A stretch of DNA of 64,000 nt, from IMG/VR virus record IMGVR_UViG_3300049846_001141. One strand, written 5' to 3'. The stretch is from an uncultured virus (IMG/VR IMGVR_UViG_3300049846_001141) (Duplodnaviria > Heunggongvirae > Uroviricota > Caudoviricetes). The notes beneath the pieces were generated by a model that made no database searches, was not told where the DNA came from, and saw only the letters and a program-made list of their open reading frames with translations. This document shows positions 1 through 7,936 of this stretch, one piece after another; the stretch's first letter is position 1; every line of letters starts with the position of its first letter. A program made the translations under genes and the position numbers.

Positions 1-146
1 CACGCTGCATATAAAGGCATCTCCGCATGGCAGCGCAAAAATGCTCGCGATGCTGATGCGGCTAAGGACAATCCATCTATCCGCATACGCATCTCGGGCT
101 TGCGGCGGTTTTTACCGGGCGAGAACAACAAACTCACCACGCGCTG
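1..146 (+). repeat. Exact 146-bp direct repeat, copy 1 (within polA)
   Basis: Identical to 42275-42420; first mismatch at 147 (C) vs 42421 (T). Confidence 0.95.
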
Positions 147-414
147 CAACACTCCAATCCAGGGAGCTGGTGCAGCAGTCCTCAAACTTACGCTCGGCAA
201 ACTGTGGCCGTTACTCCACGCCGACGGGGAGGACGTGGTGCGTTTGGCCGGCGTGGTGCACGATGAAATCATCCTGCTTGTCGCTGAAAAACACGCCGAT
301 GCCTGGGCACTCCAGCTCCAGTCAGTGATGGAGGAGGCGGAAGCTATGTGGTTGGGTGAGATTCCGCCGCTTGCCGAAGCTAAGGTCGGGGATAGCTGGG
401 ATCAGGCAAAGTGA
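1..414 (+). CDS. polA: DNA polymerase family A, C-terminal part (5'-truncated by the window)
   Basis: Frame open from base 1 (HAAYKG...); NTPIQG and VHDEI motifs; matches the C-terminus of 40862-42688. Confidence 0.95.
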   Translation, partial: HAAYKGISAWQRKNARDADAAKDNPSIRIRISGLRRFLPGENNKLTTRCNTPIQGAGAAVLKLTLGKLWPLLHADGEDVVRLAGVVHDEIILLVAEKHADAWALQLQSVMEEAEAMWLGEIPPLAEAKVGDSWDQAK

Positions 415-581
415 ACCAGGAGCAGATCGAGTACCGCGTGCGGATGCACCCGCGTCACGGTGGTACTCACGATCTGTTTGTTATCGCTCCAGATGCTTTC
501 TCCGCAAGGATGAAGGCACTGGAGCTTTGCCCTGATCAGCACGTTCAGTCGATCTTGCGAGTCTCAGAGTTAAACGCATGA
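411..581 (+). CDS. Hypothetical protein
   Basis: GTG start overlapping the polA stop; homologue of 42685-42867. Confidence 0.7.
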   Translation: MNQEQIEYRVRMHPRHGGTHDLFVIAPDAFSARMKALELCPDQHVQSILRVSELNA

Positions 582-793
582 GTCGCAGCCGCACGGGTAG
601 AGAATTGGTGATGGAGTGGCTGATGAAGGAGATTCGGCAGGCGAAGACTGCGGATTTGCATCGGGCTGCGGCTTTTTTGGAGTGGGCGCGGGGTATTCGG
701 AAGGATTGCACCAAGCAGCGTTCCAGTGCGAGGGCGGCGCAGTCCAATGCGTGGCGGAAAGGGGTGGATGAGGATGTGCGGTGGCGGGTCTAA
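578..793 (+). CDS. Hypothetical protein
   Basis: ATGA overlap; conserved with 42864-43079. Confidence 0.8.
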   Translation: MSRSRTGRELVMEWLMKEIRQAKTADLHRAAAFLEWARGIRKDCTKQRSSARAAQSNAWRKGVDEDVRWRV

Positions 794-836
794 TGTGTCG
801 CACTATGCTATTGTGTAGGAGACTAGAGGACCAGTA

Positions 837-1112
837 ATGCCCCTGAAGCACGGGTCGAAAATTTATTGCCAGCTACTGTTGGACAGTAATAGGTACAAGT
901 TGGCGGAACAGCTTGCAGCCAGCGAAGGCAAGCGGGTAACTGGAATGTTGAGGGATATGGTTTACGCCGCTTTGGAAAAGGCTGTTCCAGTGTCGGATTA
1001 CAAGGCTGCAGAGGCTGCTGATAAGGCGGCTTGGGCGGAGTCGGTGCAACGACGGGTGCAGGGAAGGATGCGCTCCAAGCAATCAGAAGATGTGTCAGAA
1101 ATGGACGCATGA
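837..1112 (+). CDS. Hypothetical protein, possibly a small DNA-binding protein
   Basis: Conserved with 43123-43398; TGCTATTGT extended -10-like motif upstream. Confidence 0.75.
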   Translation: MPLKHGSKIYCQLLLDSNRYKLAEQLAASEGKRVTGMLRDMVYAALEKAVPVSDYKAAEAADKAAWAESVQRRVQGRMRSKQSEDVSEMDA

Positions 1113-1190
1113 GACTTAGTGAAATGTCTTCATAGTCTGGTTCTGGTAGGCTAAACTCACTAGGCTTACACAGTAATTCATTTGAAGGTA

Positions 1191-1406
1191 ATGACGCGCT
1201 ATGTCGTCATGGTTGAGGATCGCTGGGTTACGGCGGTTTACGGCCCTGGCAAAGGTATTGGTCTCACCGCATCCAAGGAGGATGCATCCAGCTGGGTCAC
1301 GTATGAGCGAGCTGTCGCTGCGGCGAGAGTTGTTGCTGAGTGCACTAACAGCGCTGTTGCTGTTCATAGCATCGACGAACCCGCCTACTTCAAATCATGG
1401 AAGTAA
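1191..1406 (+). CDS. Hypothetical protein
   Basis: ATG at 1191; conserved with 43477-43692. Confidence 0.75.
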   Translation: MTRYVVMVEDRWVTAVYGPGKGIGLTASKEDASSWVTYERAVAAARVVAECTNSAVAVHSIDEPAYFKSWK

Positions 1407-1714
1407 CTCCGTTCCAGCAGCAACTCGACCCTGAGTTGCGCCTTGGTGAAGGTCGCTCACGTACCAGTGCACCGAAAACTGCTTTATTTGAGTTGAAAAT
1501 TTGGTTGCCTGGGCAGGGCGCGATGCGGGATTTGATTCGGGCTGAGTCGCTCCAGCAGGCTTTGACATTTGCCGCAAATCGTTACCCGAATTGCAAGGTT
1601 GAAGTGCCGGATGCTGTGGCGAAAAAGCCTAGGCTGGTGCGCTCGAACAATGGGCCGAAGGAATCGGCTCGGCGTCGGCTAAAACTCGTGGAGAGTAAAA
1701 ATGAGCAACCCTGA
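1397..1714 (+). CDS. Hypothetical protein
   Basis: Conserved with 43683-44000. Confidence 0.8.
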   Translation: MEVTPFQQQLDPELRLGEGRSRTSAPKTALFELKIWLPGQGAMRDLIRAESLQQALTFAANRYPNCKVEVPDAVAKKPRLVRSNNGPKESARRRLKLVESKNEQP

Positions 1715-1874
1715 AATCGCTGATTGGGCGCGGCAAAACTGGGGTCAGGTGATCGTTGATCACTCCCGGATGGATTTGCTCGAAAAGTTGTACGAGTGGG
1801 ATGGACGCTCCAATCCAGAGCACCCGCAACATCACACCTACACCGGGCTGTACGAAAAGTACAACCAGCGCTAG
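1701..1874 (+). CDS. Hypothetical protein (57 aa, MSNPEIADWARQ...)
   Basis: Read from the sequence; conserved with 43987-44160. Confidence 0.75.
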   Translation: MSNPEIADWARQNWGQVIVDHSRMDLLEKLYEWDGRSNPEHPQHHTYTGLYEKYNQR

Positions 1875-2092
1875 GCCGAGTCGCGGTCTAGTCCGAATTG
1901 ATCGGCCAGGTTTTCTGCAGCTTCGCGGATTGCCCAGGCCGATTTTGTTCGTTCCAACTGGTGGAGCGTGTTCAGCACCAAAGCAGCTTCAAGTAGGCCG
2001 CGATAGTCCTGCTTATTAAAAAGATCAACCAGCCACTGGTCTGTTGCAGCTTTGTGGAATTTGGATTCCGTGCTGTGTTCGATGGGACGCAT
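1871..2092 (-). CDS. Hypothetical protein
   Basis: Conserved with 44157-44378. Confidence 0.8.
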   Translation of the reverse strand: MRPIEHSTESKFHKAATDQWLVDLFNKQDYRGLLEAALVLNTLHQLERTKSAWAIREAAENLADQFGLDRDSA

Positions 2093-2094
2093 GG

Positions 2095-3222
2095 TTACCT
2101 CGGGCGGATACGCATGAACCAGCCCGTGTCGTTGCCTTCGATGAGCCAGCGAGGTAGCCAGTTCTTGCGGGAATACGCGATTCCAGCGCCTCCCTTATTA
2201 CTGACGTAGCCGCCAGCAACTAGATTTGCCTCACCGAACGGGTCCATATGTATGAAGTGCGTTGGTGTATATCCAGCGACAACGCTCCAATGGCCTGTGC
2301 CCGAAGGGTTTGAAATCGGGCCTTTGTGAAGCCAGCCGACTGGAACGGGGTGACCGTGGGTAATTTCGTTCTCTAGGTCTTCGACTGTGCCGTCCATCTC
2401 GAAAGTGGCGGTTAGTCCCAGGGATTTCAATGCGGCAATTTGTGCTTTGGGGTCGGTGGTGTCTCCAAAGCGGGCGCGGATTGCGTTGTACTGGTAATCG
2501 CCTGAAATTTTGCCGTAATAGCGGGCCACCATTGCACAGCTGGAACTAAAGCACTGGCGGTAACCAGTCGCTCCATCGTCAGGACCGAGCTGGTATTCGT
2601 AGGCGACTTTCAGGATCTTTTCCTTTGGTGCGACCAGCGGTTTCGTGCCAGCGTGCTGGTTCATTAACTCGATTAGTTTGCCCGGGTAGTTGGGATCGGT
2701 TGCGTATCCTTCTTTATGCAACCATTTCGCAGCTTCATCTCGGGTTGCGGCGTTATTGCAGCCTTTGTAGTTCTTGTAGTCCTTGTACCAGTGGTCGACT
2801 AGATACATCACGCAGGACAGCAGATCGGGGAAGTCGATGAAGCTGTCGGTGATCGTGACCCACTGGCCGTTGATGAATTCTTGGGTTTTCTTGTCGCTAC
2901 CCTGGCCTTTGAGGCCGAAAAAGTTGTTTCTGCCGGAAACCAGTTTTCCGTAGTTGGATTCCAGCGCCCATTGGGCGGCTACAAGTTCTGGAAATTTTGC
3001 GCCAGCGACGCGGGCAGCTTCGAGGATGCCCTCCCAGCTATTGGGAAAGTTGGTTTGTTTGCCGGCAACGCTCCAGGTTTTGAACCAGCCTTGGTCGCGG
3101 CCAAGAATGTGGGGGTTGGCCTTGTTGATGGCTTGCTCCAGCTCAGTGATGGCTGCCATCTGGTGGGGCAGACCTTTGTAAAACCGAAACAGGTCGTTGA
3201 GGCGGAGTTTGTTGTTTGCCAT
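2095..3222 (-). CDS. Endolysin: GH73 glucosaminidase-like domain plus C39-like peptidase domain
   Basis: AAQWALES, NFFGLK and YATDPNY motifs; C-terminal QCFSSS...GHW...DP. Confidence 0.85.
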   Translation of the reverse strand: MANNKLRLNDLFRFYKGLPHQMAAITELEQAINKANPHILGRDQGWFKTWSVAGKQTNFPNSWEGILEAARVAGAKFPELVAAQWALESNYGKLVSGRNNFFGLKGQGSDKKTQEFINGQWVTITDSFIDFPDLLSCVMYLVDHWYKDYKNYKGCNNAATRDEAAKWLHKEGYATDPNYPGKLIELMNQHAGTKPLVAPKEKILKVAYEYQLGPDDGATGYRQCFSSSCAMVARYYGKISGDYQYNAIRARFGDTTDPKAQIAALKSLGLTATFEMDGTVEDLENEITHGHPVPVGWLHKGPISNPSGTGHWSVVAGYTPTHFIHMDPFGEANLVAGGYVSNKGGAGIAYSRKNWLPRWLIEGNDTGWFMRIRPR

Positions 3223-3241
3223 GACAAGGCCCTCGCGTGGA

Positions 3242-3385
3242 TTAGCGGCGACGCTTTGGGAACGCCATTTTTAGTGCCTGCAGTCCCAGCTGAATCCAAC
3301 TGTTGGACTTCAACTTGCTCATGCCGATTAGTTCGGAACCGGCGGCAACGATGATGGCGATGATGGCGATTTGCTGGTCGGTCAT
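3242..3385 (-). CDS. Small membrane protein, holin-like (47 aa)
   Basis: MTDQQIAIIAIIVAAGSELIG...FPKRRR; hydrophobic N-terminus and basic tail; directly upstream of the endolysin; homologue at 45758-45895. Confidence 0.7.
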   Translation of the reverse strand: MTDQQIAIIAIIVAAGSELIGMSKLKSNSWIQLGLQALKMAFPKRRR

Positions 3386-3483
3386 AAAAAGCTGTGGCTT
3401 TTATTGAGTTTAGCTGTACTAGAGAAGAAGGCTAGTGCGCGTAATAGTTTCTACCGCTACATTCTGTGGAGCCACTGCTGGGT

Positions 3484-3801
3484 ATGGACCATCGCATTGA
3501 AGATGGCGAATACTTAAACAAAAAAGAAGCAAAGGCGCGATTTAGGCAATCAATTCTTAAACATTGGCAGAACAAATGTGCTTACTGTTCTGTTGATTTA
3601 GGACGGTCAGCAACGCTGGATCACGTGCACCCGAAAATGCGGGGTGGGCATACGCACCAGCAGAATTTGGTGGCGTGCTGTTTCGCGTGCAATATCTCGA
3701 AGTCGGCGGAAGATTGGATTGAGTGGTACAGAGATCAGGATTTTTGGGAGCCGCACCGCGAGGACGCGATTGTGCAGTGGATTACTGGGGGGTTGCTTTA
3801 G
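3484..3801 (+). CDS. HNH endonuclease
   Basis: CAYC...TLDHVHP..GG...NLVACC..CN..K. Confidence 0.9.
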   Translation: MDHRIEDGEYLNKKEAKARFRQSILKHWQNKCAYCSVDLGRSATLDHVHPKMRGGHTHQQNLVACCFACNISKSAEDWIEWYRDQDFWEPHREDAIVQWITGGLL

Positions 3802-3964
3802 GGTCCCAGCCCATGCCTTCGAGATACATCATCGCGATGTAGTGGTCTTCGGCGTAGCGGCAGACGCTGTTTAAACAGGCTCGGTAGTACAGTTCGCCAC
3901 GTTCGTTTTCCAGCTGGTCCAAGCTGTAGCCGTTACCGAAGTCGGTGGTGTGGACGACGCTCAT
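3782..3964 (-). CDS. Hypothetical protein
   Basis: Conserved with 46293-46475. Confidence 0.75.
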   Translation of the reverse strand: MSVVHTTDFGNGYSLDQLENERGELYYRACLNSVCRYAEDHYIAMMYLEGMGWDPKATPQ

Positions 3965-4215
3965 TTATTTTGGGTGCCGACAGTCATTTCAATCTGACGC
4001 ACTCTGGTTTCGAGATCGCTAAGCCTTTCTTTAGAGTCGTTTTTTAGTTCTTGAATATCGGCGGCTACTGTGCTTACTGACTGGTCTAATTTTGCAACTT
4101 GCATGAAAAGACCGCCGAGACCCAGCACAGCTGCGGTCAACAGGGCTGGGACGGCTTGGTTTAAGGGGTTATTTGGTGGAGTTGCGGAAGTAATAGCCTC
4201 TTCGTGGTGATCCAT
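3961..4215 (-). CDS. Membrane-anchored coiled-coil protein (possibly lysis-associated)
   Basis: One TM segment followed by a coiled coil; conserved in B. Confidence 0.7.
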   Translation of the reverse strand: MDHHEEAITSATPPNNPLNQAVPALLTAAVLGLGGLFMQVAKLDQSVSTVAADIQELKNDSKERLSDLETRVRQIEMTVGTQNK

Positions 4216-4246
4216 TGCGAGGCATACTGCCGACCTTTTACCTAAT

Positions 4247-4384
4247 TTAGCGGCCTTGGCCCACTAGCTTTTTCTTGCCGCGACGGCGTGGACGGCTATG
4301 TTGCCCGAACCCCTGACGGGTTGTTTTCGGGCGTCCGGGTTGGTGCTCAATGCGAGCGGTGCCAGTCTTACTCTTGACCGCCAT
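4247..4384 (-). CDS. Small basic protein (45 aa, MAVKSKTG...GQGR)
   Basis: Read from the sequence; homologue at 46758-46892. Confidence 0.75.
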   Translation of the reverse strand: MAVKSKTGTARIEHQPGRPKTTRQGFGQHSRPRRRGKKKLVGQGR

Positions 4385-4874
4385 CTGCCGATGCCTCGAT
4401 TACGGGTGCGGGTGCGTAAGGATCAGCAGGCCATGCTGGGTAGTCTGCGCCAGTGATGTATGCGGCAAGCGCTGCTGTATCGGCGGTCTGCTCGATCTCG
4501 TAGTTCTTGCTGCCGGCGGCTAGGCGGATTTCTTCGCGCCAAGTCTTCAGGACAGGATCAGCGGCCTTGCCATTGTCAGCTTCGCGGATGATGATCCAGT
4601 CAGTCGGAGACAGCAAGCTGTTAGCAGTAGCGCGGGTTTGCAAGACCCATTGCGTCACAAGCTCCGCGTGATCTTTGGGGATCAGAGTGCCGTCTGCGTC
4701 ATAGCCCCAGTAGAAGCGCTGGTCGTAGGGCTGGGGGTCGGGTGCTTCGGTGATGCCGATGGCTTCGCGTTCTTCAGGCGTCGCTAGGCGCAAAAAGTTA
4801 GCAGGGTACTGAATCTGATTCAGCGTAAAAGGCACATCCGGGGAGATTGGACGGCCATCAGGAAGAATGAACAT
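4368..4874 (-). CDS. Tail-fibre assembly/chaperone-like protein
   Basis: YPANFLRL...R.N.LL..TDW...WP pattern; follows the fibre genes. Confidence 0.65.
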   Translation of the reverse strand: MFILPDGRPISPDVPFTLNQIQYPANFLRLATPEEREAIGITEAPDPQPYDQRFYWGYDADGTLIPKDHAELVTQWVLQTRATANSLLSPTDWIIIREADNGKAADPVLKTWREEIRLAAGSKNYEIEQTADTAALAAYITGADYPAWPADPYAPAPVIEASADGGQE

Positions 4875-4894
4875 GGCTCGCTAGTGGGTAGTGG

Positions 4895-5548
4895 TTACCT
4901 GGCACGAGCCAGGGAGAAAGGGGACTGGTTAATCGAACGCAAAGGAGTTGTCATTGCTTTTTCAACAGGCCATTTCTGCACCCTAATTCGCTTGTGTAGT
5001 GTCTTGTACGGCATTTGAAGTTCTTCCGCCCAATCCTTCAGGCACATGGTTCGCCCGTCGTATGTCACAAGTTGCGTTCGTCGCGTGTTGCGATTCTGTT
5101 CGGCTATTGTCGCCCATCGGCAGTTTTCTTTAGAGTATGGGCCATCGCTGTCGATGCGATCTAAAGTTTTACCTTTTGGACGCTCGCCCATATCCGCGTA
5201 AAATTGCTCGAAGGCTTTCCAGTCTTCGCTGACTGTTATCCCTTTGCCGCCATAGCGCTCATAGCATCCAACATTTGGATTGGTGCAGCGAGAAAGCATA
5301 TTGGACCAAATGCGATACTCCGTACTTTGACACATGCCGTGTGTCTTATTCAGATTGCCTACAACTTCTTTTTGCAGGCATCCGCAACTGGTTGTGTTCT
5401 TGCTGCGAAGTGAAGGTCCACGCACCACGACGGTATTACCGCAGTCACACTGGCAGTTAAAAGCAAGGAACGAGCCAAGTCGACCAGCCTCTTCAAGGAC
5501 AACCAAGCGGCCGAAACGCTTGCCTACCATCGGAATCTTATTGCTCAT
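4895..5548 (-). CDS. HNH homing endonuclease
   Basis: GKRFGRLVV, CQCDCG, SCGC, YGGKGI, TLDRID.DG.Y...NCRWAT motifs. Confidence 0.9.
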   Translation of the reverse strand: MSNKIPMVGKRFGRLVVLEEAGRLGSFLAFNCQCDCGNTVVVRGPSLRSKNTTSCGCLQKEVVGNLNKTHGMCQSTEYRIWSNMLSRCTNPNVGCYERYGGKGITVSEDWKAFEQFYADMGERPKGKTLDRIDSDGPYSKENCRWATIAEQNRNTRRTQLVTYDGRTMCLKDWAEELQMPYKTLHKRIRVQKWPVEKAMTTPLRSINQSPFSLARAR

Positions 5549-7935
5549 CGCGCTCTAGCAAAATTAAATGCTACCTCACTGAAGGCGGCATACACATAAG
5601 TGCCAGCATTTGTATTGAACGTAGCGTCGGTGGTGCGCACCTTAAAACCGTTGCTCGTGATGTCGATCAGGTCTGTTGTCCCTTCGACATTGCTTCGGTT
5701 TGGATACAGCGGGTCGTTATCTACGTTGTAACCTTCGCGCTGGTAATCAAGCATTGTCCAGTCACCGGTACTGCTCGACATTTTGACAATGACAAGCGCG
5801 GGACGGAATCCCAAGTAAACAAACGGACCATCTGCGCTGCCGTTGCCGGTGTAGGAACCGAAGGCGCTGTAGCCCGCGACTGGGGCGAAGCAGTAGGCAA
5901 CAAAATTAGATCCATTGCCGTTGGTTGCAGCACCACTTCCAACAGAAAAAACTGAAGCTGTTGGGTCACTATTTGCACTTCCCCATGTAGCGTTTGCGCT
6001 ACCACCTGCAGCCGAAGTATCAAACAGCAAATAGAACGCACCACCCAATGCACGGTGGTAAATAACCCAAGAGTTTGATGTACTTCTACTTTTTACAATT
6101 AAAAACGACGGTGCAACACCCAATCCATGTCCTACTGTTGCACTTGCCCCGTTGCCAGTCCAAGTAACCACCGAAAACCCCGCACTTGGATTAGCCCGCA
6201 CCTGCGAGCTGATGGTGCCAGCGGTGTTGGTGACGGTGCTGCTGCCGGCGTCCCAGGCCCAAGAGACAAAAGACTTGCCAGATCCGTTGACTTGAATTCC
6301 ATTTCCCCCGTTGGTAAGTGTAAAACCGTCAGAAGTAAATGCAGATAGATAACCGTTAGTGTCGTTGCTGTACTCAGCACCTGTTTCGTTTGATGCCAGT
6401 ATTTTGTTTGCACCGCGTACCGTATCGTTAAACAAATTCCAGCTCAAATTATCTTGGCGGTTTTTGATCCACACAAAATCTGGCGAGAACCCGAGCCCAC
6501 TAATTGTCTGCGTGCCACCATTGCCGGTGTAGAGCTTCACATCCATCACGGTGCTGGGCTTGGTGATGGTGGGTGTTGGCAAGTTCTGCGTGCAGAGCGC
6601 CTTAAAGCCGCTGGGGGCGGTGTAGGCGAAGGGGCGTTGGCCGAAGTTCCAAGTAACGCTAGGAGCATTTGAGCCAAACGCGAAGAAATACGGCCCACTA
6701 GTTAATCCAGTAAACGCCGCAGTGCCACTATTCTGAACAGTTCCGTTTTTGTAAAAATACAAACTTCCGGCGTCAGCATCGAAGGCAATACCAATAACGT
6801 CACCGGTTGTATATGTATTTCCGTAACTTATGCCGCCGTTATTGTTTGTATATTTAAGACCATTCATTCCGTAACCCCAGCCTTCAGGGCTGCTGCCAGT
6901 CCAGTTAGAAAGAACAATTCCCCCTTTGGCTATTCCGACAAGGCAAGATCCGCCTACGTTATCTACGGTTACTTCGCAGTACCATTTGCCGCTACTCATG
7001 CCGATAGTGGCAAGAGTTGTTTTGTCAACAGCGCCAACGGCTTGGAGATTGCCGTTTGAAAGCGTGTTTCCGCCGTTAGCCAACGGATTCAACGTACAGT
7101 AATTCCCCCTCACCTGCCCCCCACTTCCCGTATCAACCTCGCTGCCATTAGTGGGAACGTCTACGAGGCTGTCGTTGCCTGCACCAGCAGCAACCGAAAT
7201 GTTGTTGACAGTCCACGTGTTCCCGTTGCCAGAAGAGTCCGTCCCTAATGCGGCGGCAGAGGCATTATTTGAGAAATCAAGGTGGAATCCATTTGTACCG
7301 TATGTTCCGGCGTACCGCTTAGGTATCCACACGCCGGTGGTAGCGGAGAACTCACCGAAGCTGCTGGGGGTCAGGGCTTGGCCGTCGATGAAGTGGACTT
7401 CGGCTAGGTAGTAGTTAGCGTAATTGTCGCCAGGATCCACCCGGCGTCCTATGTTGTGCGCGCTAGTGCGATTTACACCAGTATCAGCGTTTTGCGAGGG
7501 GTTGTTTAGTACGTCAAATGTCGTTATCTCTGACCCGTTTATATATAATCTAATCCGGCTATTTGCGGCTGCCAGTGTAGTGTCAACACTGATCAGAACA
7601 TGATACCAAGCGCTTGGATCTCTGTAGACAGCAGTTGTTGTTCTGAATGAAACCGCCCCTCCATCTACTGCCAGCTTATTGTCAGAACCGAAATACAAAA
7701 GCAGCCTGCCAGTATCCCCGTCAGTGTTCAGACCGACTGAAAACAATATAGTGGTCGCACTTATCGCGGACCTCTTGATCCACCCGCTCCACGTCCACGT
7801 TTTCCTGTTTCCCGCTGATGCCGGGGTGCGGCTCAGGTAAGCCGAATCCGCTGAGTTGAATCGCAGACTGCGCTCAATCTTGTAGCCACCTGCACCACCA
7901 AGCAGGAGTGGGTTGCCGGCACCAGGAATCGACAT
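5545..7935 (-). CDS. Tail fibre / receptor-binding protein with ConA(LamG)-like and SPRY-like domains
   Basis: SLRFN, WTWSGWIKR, SAWYH, GKWYCE, GDVIGIAFD, NFGQRPF motifs. Confidence 0.8.
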   Translation of the reverse strand: MSIPGAGNPLLLGGAGGYKIERSLRFNSADSAYLSRTPASAGNRKTWTWSGWIKRSAISATTILFSVGLNTDGDTGRLLLYFGSDNKLAVDGGAVSFRTTTAVYRDPSAWYHVLISVDTTLAAANSRIRLYINGSEITTFDVLNNPSQNADTGVNRTSAHNIGRRVDPGDNYANYYLAEVHFIDGQALTPSSFGEFSATTGVWIPKRYAGTYGTNGFHLDFSNNASAAALGTDSSGNGNTWTVNNISVAAGAGNDSLVDVPTNGSEVDTGSGGQVRGNYCTLNPLANGGNTLSNGNLQAVGAVDKTTLATIGMSSGKWYCEVTVDNVGGSCLVGIAKGGIVLSNWTGSSPEGWGYGMNGLKYTNNNGGISYGNTYTTGDVIGIAFDADAGSLYFYKNGTVQNSGTAAFTGLTSGPYFFAFGSNAPSVTWNFGQRPFAYTAPSGFKALCTQNLPTPTITKPSTVMDVKLYTGNGGTQTISGLGFSPDFVWIKNRQDNLSWNLFNDTVRGANKILASNETGAEYSNDTNGYLSAFTSDGFTLTNGGNGIQVNGSGKSFVSWAWDAGSSTVTNTAGTISSQVRANPSAGFSVVTWTGNGASATVGHGLGVAPSFLIVKSRSTSNSWVIYHRALGGAFYLLFDTSAAGGSANATWGSANSDPTASVFSVGSGAATNGNGSNFVAYCFAPVAGYSAFGSYTGNGSADGPFVYLGFRPALVIVKMSSSTGDWTMLDYQREGYNVDNDPLYPNRSNVEGTTDLIDITSNGFKVRTTDATFNTNAGTYVYAAFSEVAFNFARAR
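7149..7163. other. Candidate recombinase core site TAGA-CGTTCCC-ACTA (gene strand)
   Basis: Encodes V-D-V-P-T at the junction between LamG-like and SPRY-like regions. Confidence 0.5.
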
Positions 7936-7936
7936 C

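Noticed and set aside
2979..3299. -1 frame ORF after the A holin-like gene
   Set aside because: It overlaps the endolysin out of frame and has no similarity to the B extension, so it is probably a shadow ORF.
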